64,000 nt of DNA from a virus. The stretch spans positions 32,001 to 96,000 of IMG/VR virus record IMGVR_UViG_3300009103_000003; one strand, 5' to 3'. The position numbers and the translations under genes are program-made. The notes under the pieces were generated by a model. That model had not been told where the DNA came from and searched no databases. It saw only the letters and a list, made by a program, of their open reading frames with translations. Below are positions 57,164 through 64,000 of this stretch, piece after piece. Every line of letters starts with the position of its first letter. Position 1 is the stretch's first letter.

Positions 57164-57305
57164 CAACGTAAAATGTGACGGGTGCAGTAGCTTTGCTTAC
57201 AAATCTGGGAGAAGCTGGCGGGGTGATGGTGATTGCTCTAAATACGGCGGCTCTCCTGTCCGGGCAGACTTCGTATGCGATGACTTTGAACCGGTGCAGG
57301 AGTAG
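57045..57305 (+). CDS. Small Cys4 metal-binding protein overlapping the SNF2 3' end
   Basis: ATG at 57045 with GGGA upstream. LESELLKLAQ...KCDGC...GDCSKY...VCDDF. The stop lies 2 nt before the next gene. Confidence 0.6.
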   Translation: MSTPKKPNKNPLDSFLGSSLESELLKLAQSKPPNLRLSDSNVKCDGCSSFAYKSGRSWRGDGDCSKYGGSPVRADFVCDDFEPVQE

Positions 57306-57307
57306 TT

Positions 57308-58570
57308 ATGGATTTGCCTCTCATATTAACCAACTATAGAGCGGAGCTAGAAAAGACCGCCGCCACAGCAGCCCTCAAAGCTATTCGTGCGCTGGTTAAT
57401 GCGGGGAAGATAGGTAAGGCTGAAGCTTTGGCGACAAACCTCATCTCCAAGGGGGCGCTCAAAACATCGAAACAGGGCTCACAACTTAGATTCCTAGGGT
57501 CTGGTAGCGAGGGACCTGCGCACCTAGTCATTGGCGCTAAAGACGCACCAAGCAAGGTACTTGTACGAAAAATGCTAGACCCGAGAGGGGCCATCTTCAG
57601 TAAAGAACAGGCTGCTACCAAGTTCAACACCCTACGCCGCTTGAGAGCTAATCCGGCTGCTGATGGCGGACATAAACTATCCAAAGGCAGCGACTCCTTT
57701 GCGAAGCTGGTGAGTAATAAGCTCCACAAAACCCCAACAGGGGGGAGGTACTATCATTCAGAGTATGTGCCTGGGAAAGACCTTTACCAGACTGCGATGC
57801 AAGCGCGGGGGCTACCAAAAGCCACAAAGGCTGGGCTTCCAGGGCTTCATGATGCCTCTGTTTTGGCCGGTAAATCTCATCTAGGAAAGCGCCCCGGCTC
57901 TACGATCAAAGACGCGCTTAAAGGAAGAGCGTCTAGAACTAACCGAGCCCTAGAACAATCCAACGCAACAAACATCATGGTGACCCCTTCCGGGAAACCC
58001 AAGATTGTGGATTTTTATGTCTCCCCCAAAGACAGTTTTCATGCCCAATCTGCCGTTAGAGCCTCGACCAGTACTCGCACAGTTAAGGGAGGGGGGAAAG
58101 CGCCCTCCCCAGCCCTGGTTAAAAAACCGAGCCCCGGAATTCTTGCTCGTCACAGAGCAGCGGCGTGGCGTGACCGCGTCCCAGGCGCAAACACGACCGT
58201 GGCAGATGTCCCCGCAGCAGGAGGCCTCCGCAGTGCTGATACAGTCAACACCTTGAGAGGGCTTGGTCCCGGCTCCCCCAGAGCAGGAGCCACAACCAAG
58301 GGCCGGTGGACAGGAAAGCAACCTCAGGGGTCAGGACCACCAAGGTCAGCAGAATATGAAAAGATGATGCTTGACGAGGTTGGTTCTCGCAACCAAAGGA
58401 TGCTTAGGGCCATGCATAACAGGGTCGCAACAGGGGCCACCAACCCTGCGAGCCCTAAAGCCCTGTCTGGAGTCGCCTTCCCCCCGATAAATCCCTTCGG
58501 GGCGACAGTTCCGAAGGGGCTTCCATTTGCCAAGACACAACCCGCACGTACCCCCCTAAGGAGTCGTTAG
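57308..58570 (+). CDS. Protein-kinase-like (Ser/Thr or atypical) protein with a basic low-complexity tail
   Basis: Gly-loop FLGSGSEGPAHL, VLVRK, SEYVPGKDL, LHD...ATNIMV and GKPKIVDF occur in kinase order. Confidence 0.6.
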   Translation: MDLPLILTNYRAELEKTAATAALKAIRALVNAGKIGKAEALATNLISKGALKTSKQGSQLRFLGSGSEGPAHLVIGAKDAPSKVLVRKMLDPRGAIFSKEQAATKFNTLRRLRANPAADGGHKLSKGSDSFAKLVSNKLHKTPTGGRYYHSEYVPGKDLYQTAMQARGLPKATKAGLPGLHDASVLAGKSHLGKRPGSTIKDALKGRASRTNRALEQSNATNIMVTPSGKPKIVDFYVSPKDSFHAQSAVRASTSTRTVKGGGKAPSPALVKKPSPGILARHRAAAWRDRVPGANTTVADVPAAGGLRSADTVNTLRGLGPGSPRAGATTKGRWTGKQPQGSGPPRSAEYEKMMLDEVGSRNQRMLRAMHNRVATGATNPASPKALSGVAFPPINPFGATVPKGLPFAKTQPARTPLRSR

Positions 58571-58617
58571 ATGAAGACACGACTTGTGGCTAAGAAAAAT
58601 GGGAGGCTAAAAGCCTC

Positions 58618-58854
58618 TCACTCTTCCAGGCCCGCAGCTTCACGGACCTTGGCAGGGATTCTGCATGTGACGTCTTTGGGATATCTTTCTATAAAAGCTA
58701 GGGCCTCTGGCTTCGTTGGGGTGCCCATGAAACAGCGAATACTGAGCCATTCATTGAGCTTATCATCTACGGGCAAGCCATCATCGAATAGAGCCAAAAG
58801 CTTCTCAGGTATCGGGGTAATTTCCATCCCTTCTTTTGAGTTTGGAATATACAT
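58618..58854 (-). CDS. Hypothetical protein (antisense island)
   Basis: GGAGG SD before the ATG; protein-like composition. Confidence 0.6.
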   Translation of the reverse strand: MYIPNSKEGMEITPIPEKLLALFDDGLPVDDKLNEWLSIRCFMGTPTKPEALAFIERYPKDVTCRIPAKVREAAGLEE

Positions 58855-58887
58855 AGTTAGCCTCCTATCATCCTTCTTATGCCAGAT

Positions 58888-59127
58888 TCAGTCCCGTCTC
58901 TTGCCATACCAGATTGTTATTTTCCCGTATTTCGCGTTAATACGTACTCGGCCCTTGGGGCCTAAGGCATCTCTAAGGAAGGCGTCTAGTAATTTTTTAG
59001 CTTGTGGGTCTAGTGGGGCCCACACGGTAAGCGTGTAGGTTTTCCCATGACTCTCGTACGACAACAGATCGTTACCGATAGCTCTGGAAAGTGAGGCAAT
59101 AACTCTTTTGAAGGCTACGTCATCCAT
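58888..59127 (-). CDS. Hypothetical protein (antisense island)
   Basis: Protein-like 79-aa ORF. No SD; its start shares a CATG with a possible terminase start. Confidence 0.5.
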   Translation of the reverse strand: MDDVAFKRVIASLSRAIGNDLLSYESHGKTYTLTVWAPLDPQAKKLLDAFLRDALGPKGRVRINAKYGKITIWYGKRRD

Positions 59128-60763
59128 GATTAAAGTTCACGATAGTGACAACCCAGAATGGACACCGTTATCGATGTTCCCGTCTGAGTTCGTTAGCTCA
59201 TTTGTGAATATTGCCTCAGGCGGGCACCTGAGCAAATTCAGTTTTAAAGGACGGCAGTACCTTCTACCCATTTACGACACTCCTGCTCGTAGGGTTTTGC
59301 TCTTGTGCGGTCGTCAGGTAGAGAAAAGTACGACCCTTGGGAATACTATGCTGACGCACACAATGCTTCAACACCATTTCCGAGCTTTGTTTGTGAGCCC
59401 TACCCAGCAGCAAACTGAAACGTTCTCTAGGGATAGGATTGCAACCCCAATTGAGGTGTCGCCCCACTTGCAAGTTTTCACTAGGGGTGACCACACAAAA
59501 AATAACGTTTTATATAAGAAATTTATTACCGGGTCCGATCTGACCATGCGGTATGCATTTCTGCACGCTGACCGCGTTCGCGGTATTTCCGCTGACATGT
59601 TATTGCTGGATGAGATTCAGGACATCCTCACAGAGGTTATCCCAGTAATCGAAGAAGCCCTGTCTCACTCCCCTATCAAGCTTCTTAGGTATTCTGGGAC
59701 ACCCAAGAGTGTTGATAACACGATTAGTTATTACTGGAACCAGTTCTCTACAATGAATGAGTGGGTCATCCCTTGTGATAGCTGCAATAAGTGGAACGTT
59801 ATAGGGATAGACAACGTCGGCCCAGAGTTCCTTATGTGCTCGAAATGTCACTCAAAAATACATCCGGACCACCCTAAGGCTCAATGGGCTTCGATGCGTT
59901 CTCCCCAGTGGTTGAGCAACCCCCCAATTGCTGAGCCATTCGAGGGATACAGAATCCCGCAAGTTATTACCCCCTGGGTGAGTTGGGATGAAATTTCGGA
60001 TAAGAGAAAGAGGTATTCTAAGGCGCAATTCTACAATGAGTGCCTGGGGTTACCATACGATTCCGGTTCCAAGCCTCTTACGAAAGAGAGCCTTATGGCT
60101 TGCTGTGACCCAGGAAGGTCTATGAAGCAAGTGGAGCAGTTTGCCCTAAGAAATAAAGTGTTCATGGGCATTGACTGGGGAACGGCTGAAAATTCCTACA
60201 CGGTCATGACTGTGGGTGCGTATATAAAAGATCGGTTCCACGTCCTTTTATTCAAACGTTTTGAGGGTGAGGAAGCTGAGCCAGAAAAGATGATGAGCAC
60301 TATTAGTAGTTATATTGATCGTTTTAAGGTAGACACAGTTGGTGTAGACTACGGTGGTGGGTTTGACAGAAATGACAAACTTATTAGAACATTTGGGATT
60401 CGCCGGATAGCAAGGTATCAGTACGTAAACACAAAAAAGATTTATTTTGATAAGAGCCTTCACCGATTTATGGTGAACAGGACAGAGGCCTTAATGGCTA
60501 TTATTAACGCTATAAACAGAGGTGACGAATTTGTCTTCCCCAAGTGGGAAGAGATTGAGTTTCCTTTTGGAAGCGATATGTTATCTGTGTTCACAGAGTA
60601 TAATGAGGCTAGGCGCACAACGGTGATCCAGAGAACGCCGGGAACAACTGATGATACATTGCACTCATTGGCGTATTGTTTTTTGGCATCTATGATAAAG
60701 CACCCAAGACCTGATATTATCACCCCAATAGGGGATCGGGAAGAAGGGGCTAGAAGAGGTTAA
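59126..60763 (+). CDS. terL: Terminase large subunit (GpA-like)
   Basis: RQYLLPIYD, CGRQVEKST (Walker A variant), LLLDEIQD, YSGTP, CDSC..CSKC, FYNECLGLPY, nuclease MGIDWG, and DDTLHSL. Exact start uncertain (59108/59126/59174). Confidence 0.9.
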   Translation: MIKVHDSDNPEWTPLSMFPSEFVSSFVNIASGGHLSKFSFKGRQYLLPIYDTPARRVLLLCGRQVEKSTTLGNTMLTHTMLQHHFRALFVSPTQQQTETFSRDRIATPIEVSPHLQVFTRGDHTKNNVLYKKFITGSDLTMRYAFLHADRVRGISADMLLLDEIQDILTEVIPVIEEALSHSPIKLLRYSGTPKSVDNTISYYWNQFSTMNEWVIPCDSCNKWNVIGIDNVGPEFLMCSKCHSKIHPDHPKAQWASMRSPQWLSNPPIAEPFEGYRIPQVITPWVSWDEISDKRKRYSKAQFYNECLGLPYDSGSKPLTKESLMACCDPGRSMKQVEQFALRNKVFMGIDWGTAENSYTVMTVGAYIKDRFHVLLFKRFEGEEAEPEKMMSTISSYIDRFKVDTVGVDYGGGFDRNDKLIRTFGIRRIARYQYVNTKKIYFDKSLHRFMVNRTEALMAIINAINRGDEFVFPKWEEIEFPFGSDMLSVFTEYNEARRTTVIQRTPGTTDDTLHSLAYCFLASMIKHPRPDIITPIGDREEGARRG

Positions 60764-60765
60764 AC

Positions 60766-61851
60766 ATGGAAGACTTAGAATCGTATTTGCTAAACAAGGA
60801 TGATACAGGGGTGACTCGCTCAGAGTTACGTCACTTTGGGAAGCAGGCAGCAGTCCGCTACATTCAGAACGAAACCCCCTTGAATGACTCAATCAGTGAG
60901 TTTGCGAAGGAGGCTGGTCTTAGTCTTGAACAAATTAAGCGCGTGGCGGAATACGCAAATAATGATACCTTCGCGACCATGTTTAAGCTTGGGTTTGCCA
61001 AGAACATCACTTTTCCTATGGCCGATGCAATCGCTGTTTCACAAACAATCAATGCGCCGAAGGTGAAGACCGCGTCTGTGAATAAGCCCCACATCCCCCA
61101 AAGAATGAAGTACGTCCCTGGTCAAGAGGGCGTTGATTTAGAGAATATTTTTGGTTCGGGCGAAGAACTAGAGAAGACCGCCCAGTACGCGGACCCTGAC
61201 ATTAGTGAGGCCACAAGAAATTTTTTGGATGCTCATACAACCAATAAGAATGCTGAGGCCACCAAAGAAGCGCTAGGGGACGTTTTTGAAATCAGAATGT
61301 CTGCGTTAGGCGACTTGTGTAAAGAAGCCTCCCGCGCAGGGAACAGTGCTGGCATTATTGGTTATGCCATTGAGGCGGCGTCTCCGTCTGAGGGGCTACT
61401 ATCAGTAATCTCCGAGTCGCTCGGTGACTTAGTTGAATTTGGTCACGGCCCAGAACTAGAAAAGCTTGGGATGAGCATGATGATGCCAAACCCAATAAGC
61501 GGTCTGACTCAAGAGCTTGAGGGGACTGCACAAAAACTAACAATGACCCAACAAGCTGTTGTGAAAACACAGATGGCCATGCAGGAATTGCTAACAATTC
61601 TTCGGGGCCCGGATATGTCTGGCGGGGCCGCGCAGGTATTCGGAGGCGGAACGCCTTCCCCTGAGCCGCCCATGGGACCACCTCCTATGGGTGCCCCTAG
61701 GCCAGAGATGGCTCCAGTTGGCAGTCCTCAGGCGGCACCCCCACCAATGGGAGCAGCCCCTGAGACCGCTCCACCAACGGGCGGGCCTTCTCCGCAGCCG
61801 GGACCTCCCGGTATGCCTCCGCAAGGACCCCAAGGCCCAGGATTGGTGTAA
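60766..61851 (+). CDS. Putative scaffold/head protein with K-x-A motifs and a Pro-rich C-terminus
   Basis: GKQAA, VKTAS, EKTAQ and CKEAS; helical core; PPMG-type low-complexity tail. Confidence 0.55.
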   Translation: MEDLESYLLNKDDTGVTRSELRHFGKQAAVRYIQNETPLNDSISEFAKEAGLSLEQIKRVAEYANNDTFATMFKLGFAKNITFPMADAIAVSQTINAPKVKTASVNKPHIPQRMKYVPGQEGVDLENIFGSGEELEKTAQYADPDISEATRNFLDAHTTNKNAEATKEALGDVFEIRMSALGDLCKEASRAGNSAGIIGYAIEAASPSEGLLSVISESLGDLVEFGHGPELEKLGMSMMMPNPISGLTQELEGTAQKLTMTQQAVVKTQMAMQELLTILRGPDMSGGAAQVFGGGTPSPEPPMGPPPMGAPRPEMAPVGSPQAAPPPMGAAPETAPPTGGPSPQPGPPGMPPQGPQGPGLV

Positions 61852-62459
61852 TGAATAGGTTTGAGAAACAAGCTGCCAAAGACCGACTAGGCGCGGCATT
61901 CAACAAACATTTTGTTGAGGGTCACCCGGACAACTTGGTTCTTGGTCGCCAATCCAAACTTAGTCGAGGAGTGGGGAACGTTCTCTATGGGCCCGCGTCT
62001 TTTTTAGCTGCTAGCCCAGGCCGTATGGCGCATAATACTTTGGGTGGGCTTCTCTTTGGGGCAAAAGAGGGGAACCCGTTGAGCCCTATGTATGGGAAAC
62101 GACTAAAGGCTGTTGGTGGGCTCGACGGTCTACAGAATATTTCAAAAGCAGAGTACGATGAAATTAAGCAGGGCCTCCAAAAAGGTAAGGCGTATAAAGG
62201 TCGTATCTCCGGTCATGCCCTACCACAGTTTTACAAGAGGAAATATACTCCTGGTGGACTTGTAGGGTTTGCGCAGAAGCACCCACTTCTTGCTGGTGGT
62301 GGCGCTCTTCTTGCGTATTACTTAGCGAAGAGCCCGGAAAACCGGCAAATGGCCAGTGCAATGATGCCCAAAATGAACTCAGATATTTCACCAGAAACTA
62401 TCCGACAATGGAAAGAGCCTGACGTGGTTAGCCCATTCCAAAGACGGGCATGGGGTTGA
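61851..62459 (+). CDS. Basic Gly-rich protein (putative internal virion protein)
   Basis: Starts MNRFEKQAA; hydrophobic LLAGGGALLAYYL. Confidence 0.6.
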   Translation: MNRFEKQAAKDRLGAAFNKHFVEGHPDNLVLGRQSKLSRGVGNVLYGPASFLAASPGRMAHNTLGGLLFGAKEGNPLSPMYGKRLKAVGGLDGLQNISKAEYDEIKQGLQKGKAYKGRISGHALPQFYKRKYTPGGLVGFAQKHPLLAGGGALLAYYLAKSPENRQMASAMMPKMNSDISPETIRQWKEPDVVSPFQRRAWG

Positions 62460-62461
62460 TA

Positions 62462-63124
62462 ATGGAACAAGATAAAAAAGATCGGCTTATTCAAAAACTT
62501 GCTGCACAGCAGTCGCTTCCAGGCATGAAGCCCAAGGCAAAGGACGTCCTCAAGAATTGGGGGAAAAGTGTCGGTAAAGAAGTAGCAGATCCAAAAGCTC
62601 TGGGCTCAGCGTTAAGAAAGGCCCTTTCCCAAGGCGCTGTTTTGGGTGGTGGGGTTCTTGCGGCTAAGTACTTTAAGAAGAAGCCAACCCTGATGAAAAA
62701 GCTTCTTGGTGAAGGCACTCCTGGCCGGAAGGCTCTGGCGTTTGGTGCGGGAGCCGCTGGTATCGCTGGTGGCTTAAAAGCTGTTGAGGGACTTGGGGAT
62801 GCTGTGTCTAATCCATTGAAGAAAAAGAAGTATTTCAATAATATGATGGACGAAAACCCCTCTCTGAAGAAAGAGCCAAAAAGGGACGTAGAGCGCATTT
62901 TTAGAACGCTCTATAAGTTCAATCCGACAATGGCCAGCGACCCACTAGTCGCAGGGTCTTTCATGAGAAGATCCTTACAGTTCAAGGACGAGGGAATCCA
63001 GCCTGTAGATGTTAAGACGTTGGCGGAAATCTCGAAGTCACTGAAGGACTCCAAGCGAGGCGATGGGCTTCTTAGCGGAGCTTTTGCTGGAACCGGTGCG
63101 GAACTTCTGAGCTACGCAGGATAG
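62462..63124 (+). CDS. Basic Gly-zipper protein (putative internal virion protein)
   Basis: N-terminal IQKLAA; GAVLGGGVLAA and ALAFGAGAAGIAGG. Start is 62462 or 62450. Confidence 0.65.
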   Translation: MEQDKKDRLIQKLAAQQSLPGMKPKAKDVLKNWGKSVGKEVADPKALGSALRKALSQGAVLGGGVLAAKYFKKKPTLMKKLLGEGTPGRKALAFGAGAAGIAGGLKAVEGLGDAVSNPLKKKKYFNNMMDENPSLKKEPKRDVERIFRTLYKFNPTMASDPLVAGSFMRRSLQFKDEGIQPVDVKTLAEISKSLKDSKRGDGLLSGAFAGTGAELLSYAG

Positions 63125-63130
63125 GTAGAG

Positions 63131-63751
63131 ATGGCGCAAGTTGAAACCTCACAAGATTACCCAGTTTCGAGATTCTTAACGAGTCCCGCTGGGAAAGCTT
63201 TGGGTTCTGCGGCAGCAACCGGTGGCCTCATGCTTGCCCTTAGAAAGGGGATGCGGTCCAAGGCTGCTAAGAAAATTCTTGAGAATAAGACTCTACAAAG
63301 CCTTGGGGTCAGGAACACTGCTGGTCCAAGCAATAAGGCAATCGCAACAACGGCTGCTTTGTCTGGGGGCCTAAGTGGTATCTTCGCCAATATGGAAAGA
63401 GACATCTATGCAAAAGCCCTCAAGAGTAAGCTTGAGTCAGGGCGAGGCGGGTTCACAAGACAAGAAAAAAACCTGCTTGTTGGTAAGGCGGCTGATGAGG
63501 GGAGCCTGGGTGGTCAAAAAGGTTTCTCCGAGTACTACATAACCCCAAAAACTCACGCTGTGGGTCGCGCCGCTATGGGCTTGCTGTTTGGTGGCCCAAC
63601 GGGGGCTGTCACGGAAGGCCTGTCCGGAGGCGTTGGAACAACGGCCAGCAGACATATGTGGGCCAGGGCATTATCAGCCAGAGCCAAGCGCGGAGACAAG
63701 CTAACCAAGGGAGAAGAGAGCCTCCTCAGAACTTTGGGAGGGAGGCAGTAA
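63131..63751 (+). CDS. Basic Gly-zipper protein (putative internal virion protein)
   Basis: LGSAAATGGLMLAL, AALSGGLSGIF and AAMGLLFGGPTGAV. Confidence 0.65.
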   Translation: MAQVETSQDYPVSRFLTSPAGKALGSAAATGGLMLALRKGMRSKAAKKILENKTLQSLGVRNTAGPSNKAIATTAALSGGLSGIFANMERDIYAKALKSKLESGRGGFTRQEKNLLVGKAADEGSLGGQKGFSEYYITPKTHAVGRAAMGLLFGGPTGAVTEGLSGGVGTTASRHMWARALSARAKRGDKLTKGEESLLRTLGGRQ

Positions 63752-63752
63752 G

Positions 63753-64000
63753 ATGCTGAAGCTACTTACATTTCCTGGGTCAGATGACGAAGGAAATATC
63801 TTTGTTCAGGCGATTAACCCGTCTGACAGTTTGGTTAAGGTTGCGTCTCATGACGCGCTCCACCCAGAAATTCAATCTTACATAGGTGGGCTTAAGTCCA
63901 TGGACACTCACCTATATGTTTTGGTTAATGCCCTAGGGGCTGGTGAGTATTACGGCAGTAATATTAATGGGGATTTCTTCGAAGAGAAGGAGCTGAACCC
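63753..64000 (+). CDS. 3'-truncated ORF, possible prohead/capsid maturation protease
   Basis: Not in the ORF track. MLKLLTFPGS...LVKVASH...LVNALGAGEYYGSNINGDFFEEKELN; the N-x-N-G-D-x-F...EL segment resembles the N-terminal motif of prohead proteases. Catalytic residues would lie beyond the window. Confidence 0.4.
   Translation, partial: MLKLLTFPGSDDEGNIFVQAINPSDSLVKVASHDALHPEIQSYIGGLKSMDTHLYVLVNALGAGEYYGSNINGDFFEEKELN

Noticed and set aside
58571-59038. 155-aa plus-strand ORF between kinase and terminase
   Set aside because: It overlaps two better-supported minus-strand ORFs (one with a GGAGG SD) and has shadow-like composition.
1-64000. Alternative genetic code (stop-codon reassignment)
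   Set aside because: Very long ORFs are intact under code 11, and TAA, TAG and TGA all end tightly packed genes.

Overview
A 64-kb segment of a large tailed phage genome, probably with a contractile tail, read with genetic code 11. No rRNA, tRNA, CRISPR array, integrase or IS element was seen. It has three blocks. (1) 1-19.7 kb (+): baseplate and tail genes, including a 2177-aa wedge-like protein, a 1462-aa Gly-repeat fibre and a 2522-aa beta-helix tailspike. (2) 19.7-38.1 kb (-): a replication/recombination operon with an XRE regulator, SF2 helicase, UDG-like protein, DnaB, DnaG, SSB-like protein, family A DNA polymerase, N6-adenine methylase, GIY-YIG, RecA-like protein, two PD-(D/E)xK nucleases (one Cas4-like), RusA and an AT-hook protein. 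(3) 38.2-64 kb (+): head and packaging genes, with a portal-like protein, a single-chain fused beta-beta-prime RNA polymerase, a spike-like protein, a SNF2 ATPase, a protein-kinase-like protein, terminase, several basic Gly-zipper proteins and the truncated start of a possible prohead protease. The most striking unexplained pattern is a recurrent K-x-A-[A/S] peptide motif (often E-K-x-A). It is enriched in about ten otherwise unrelated block-3 proteins and is often near their N-termini, including the kinase and the SNF2 ATPase. I infer a capsid-targeting or maturation-cleavage signal for an injected protein payload. All product calls come from motif recognition by eye, not database searches.
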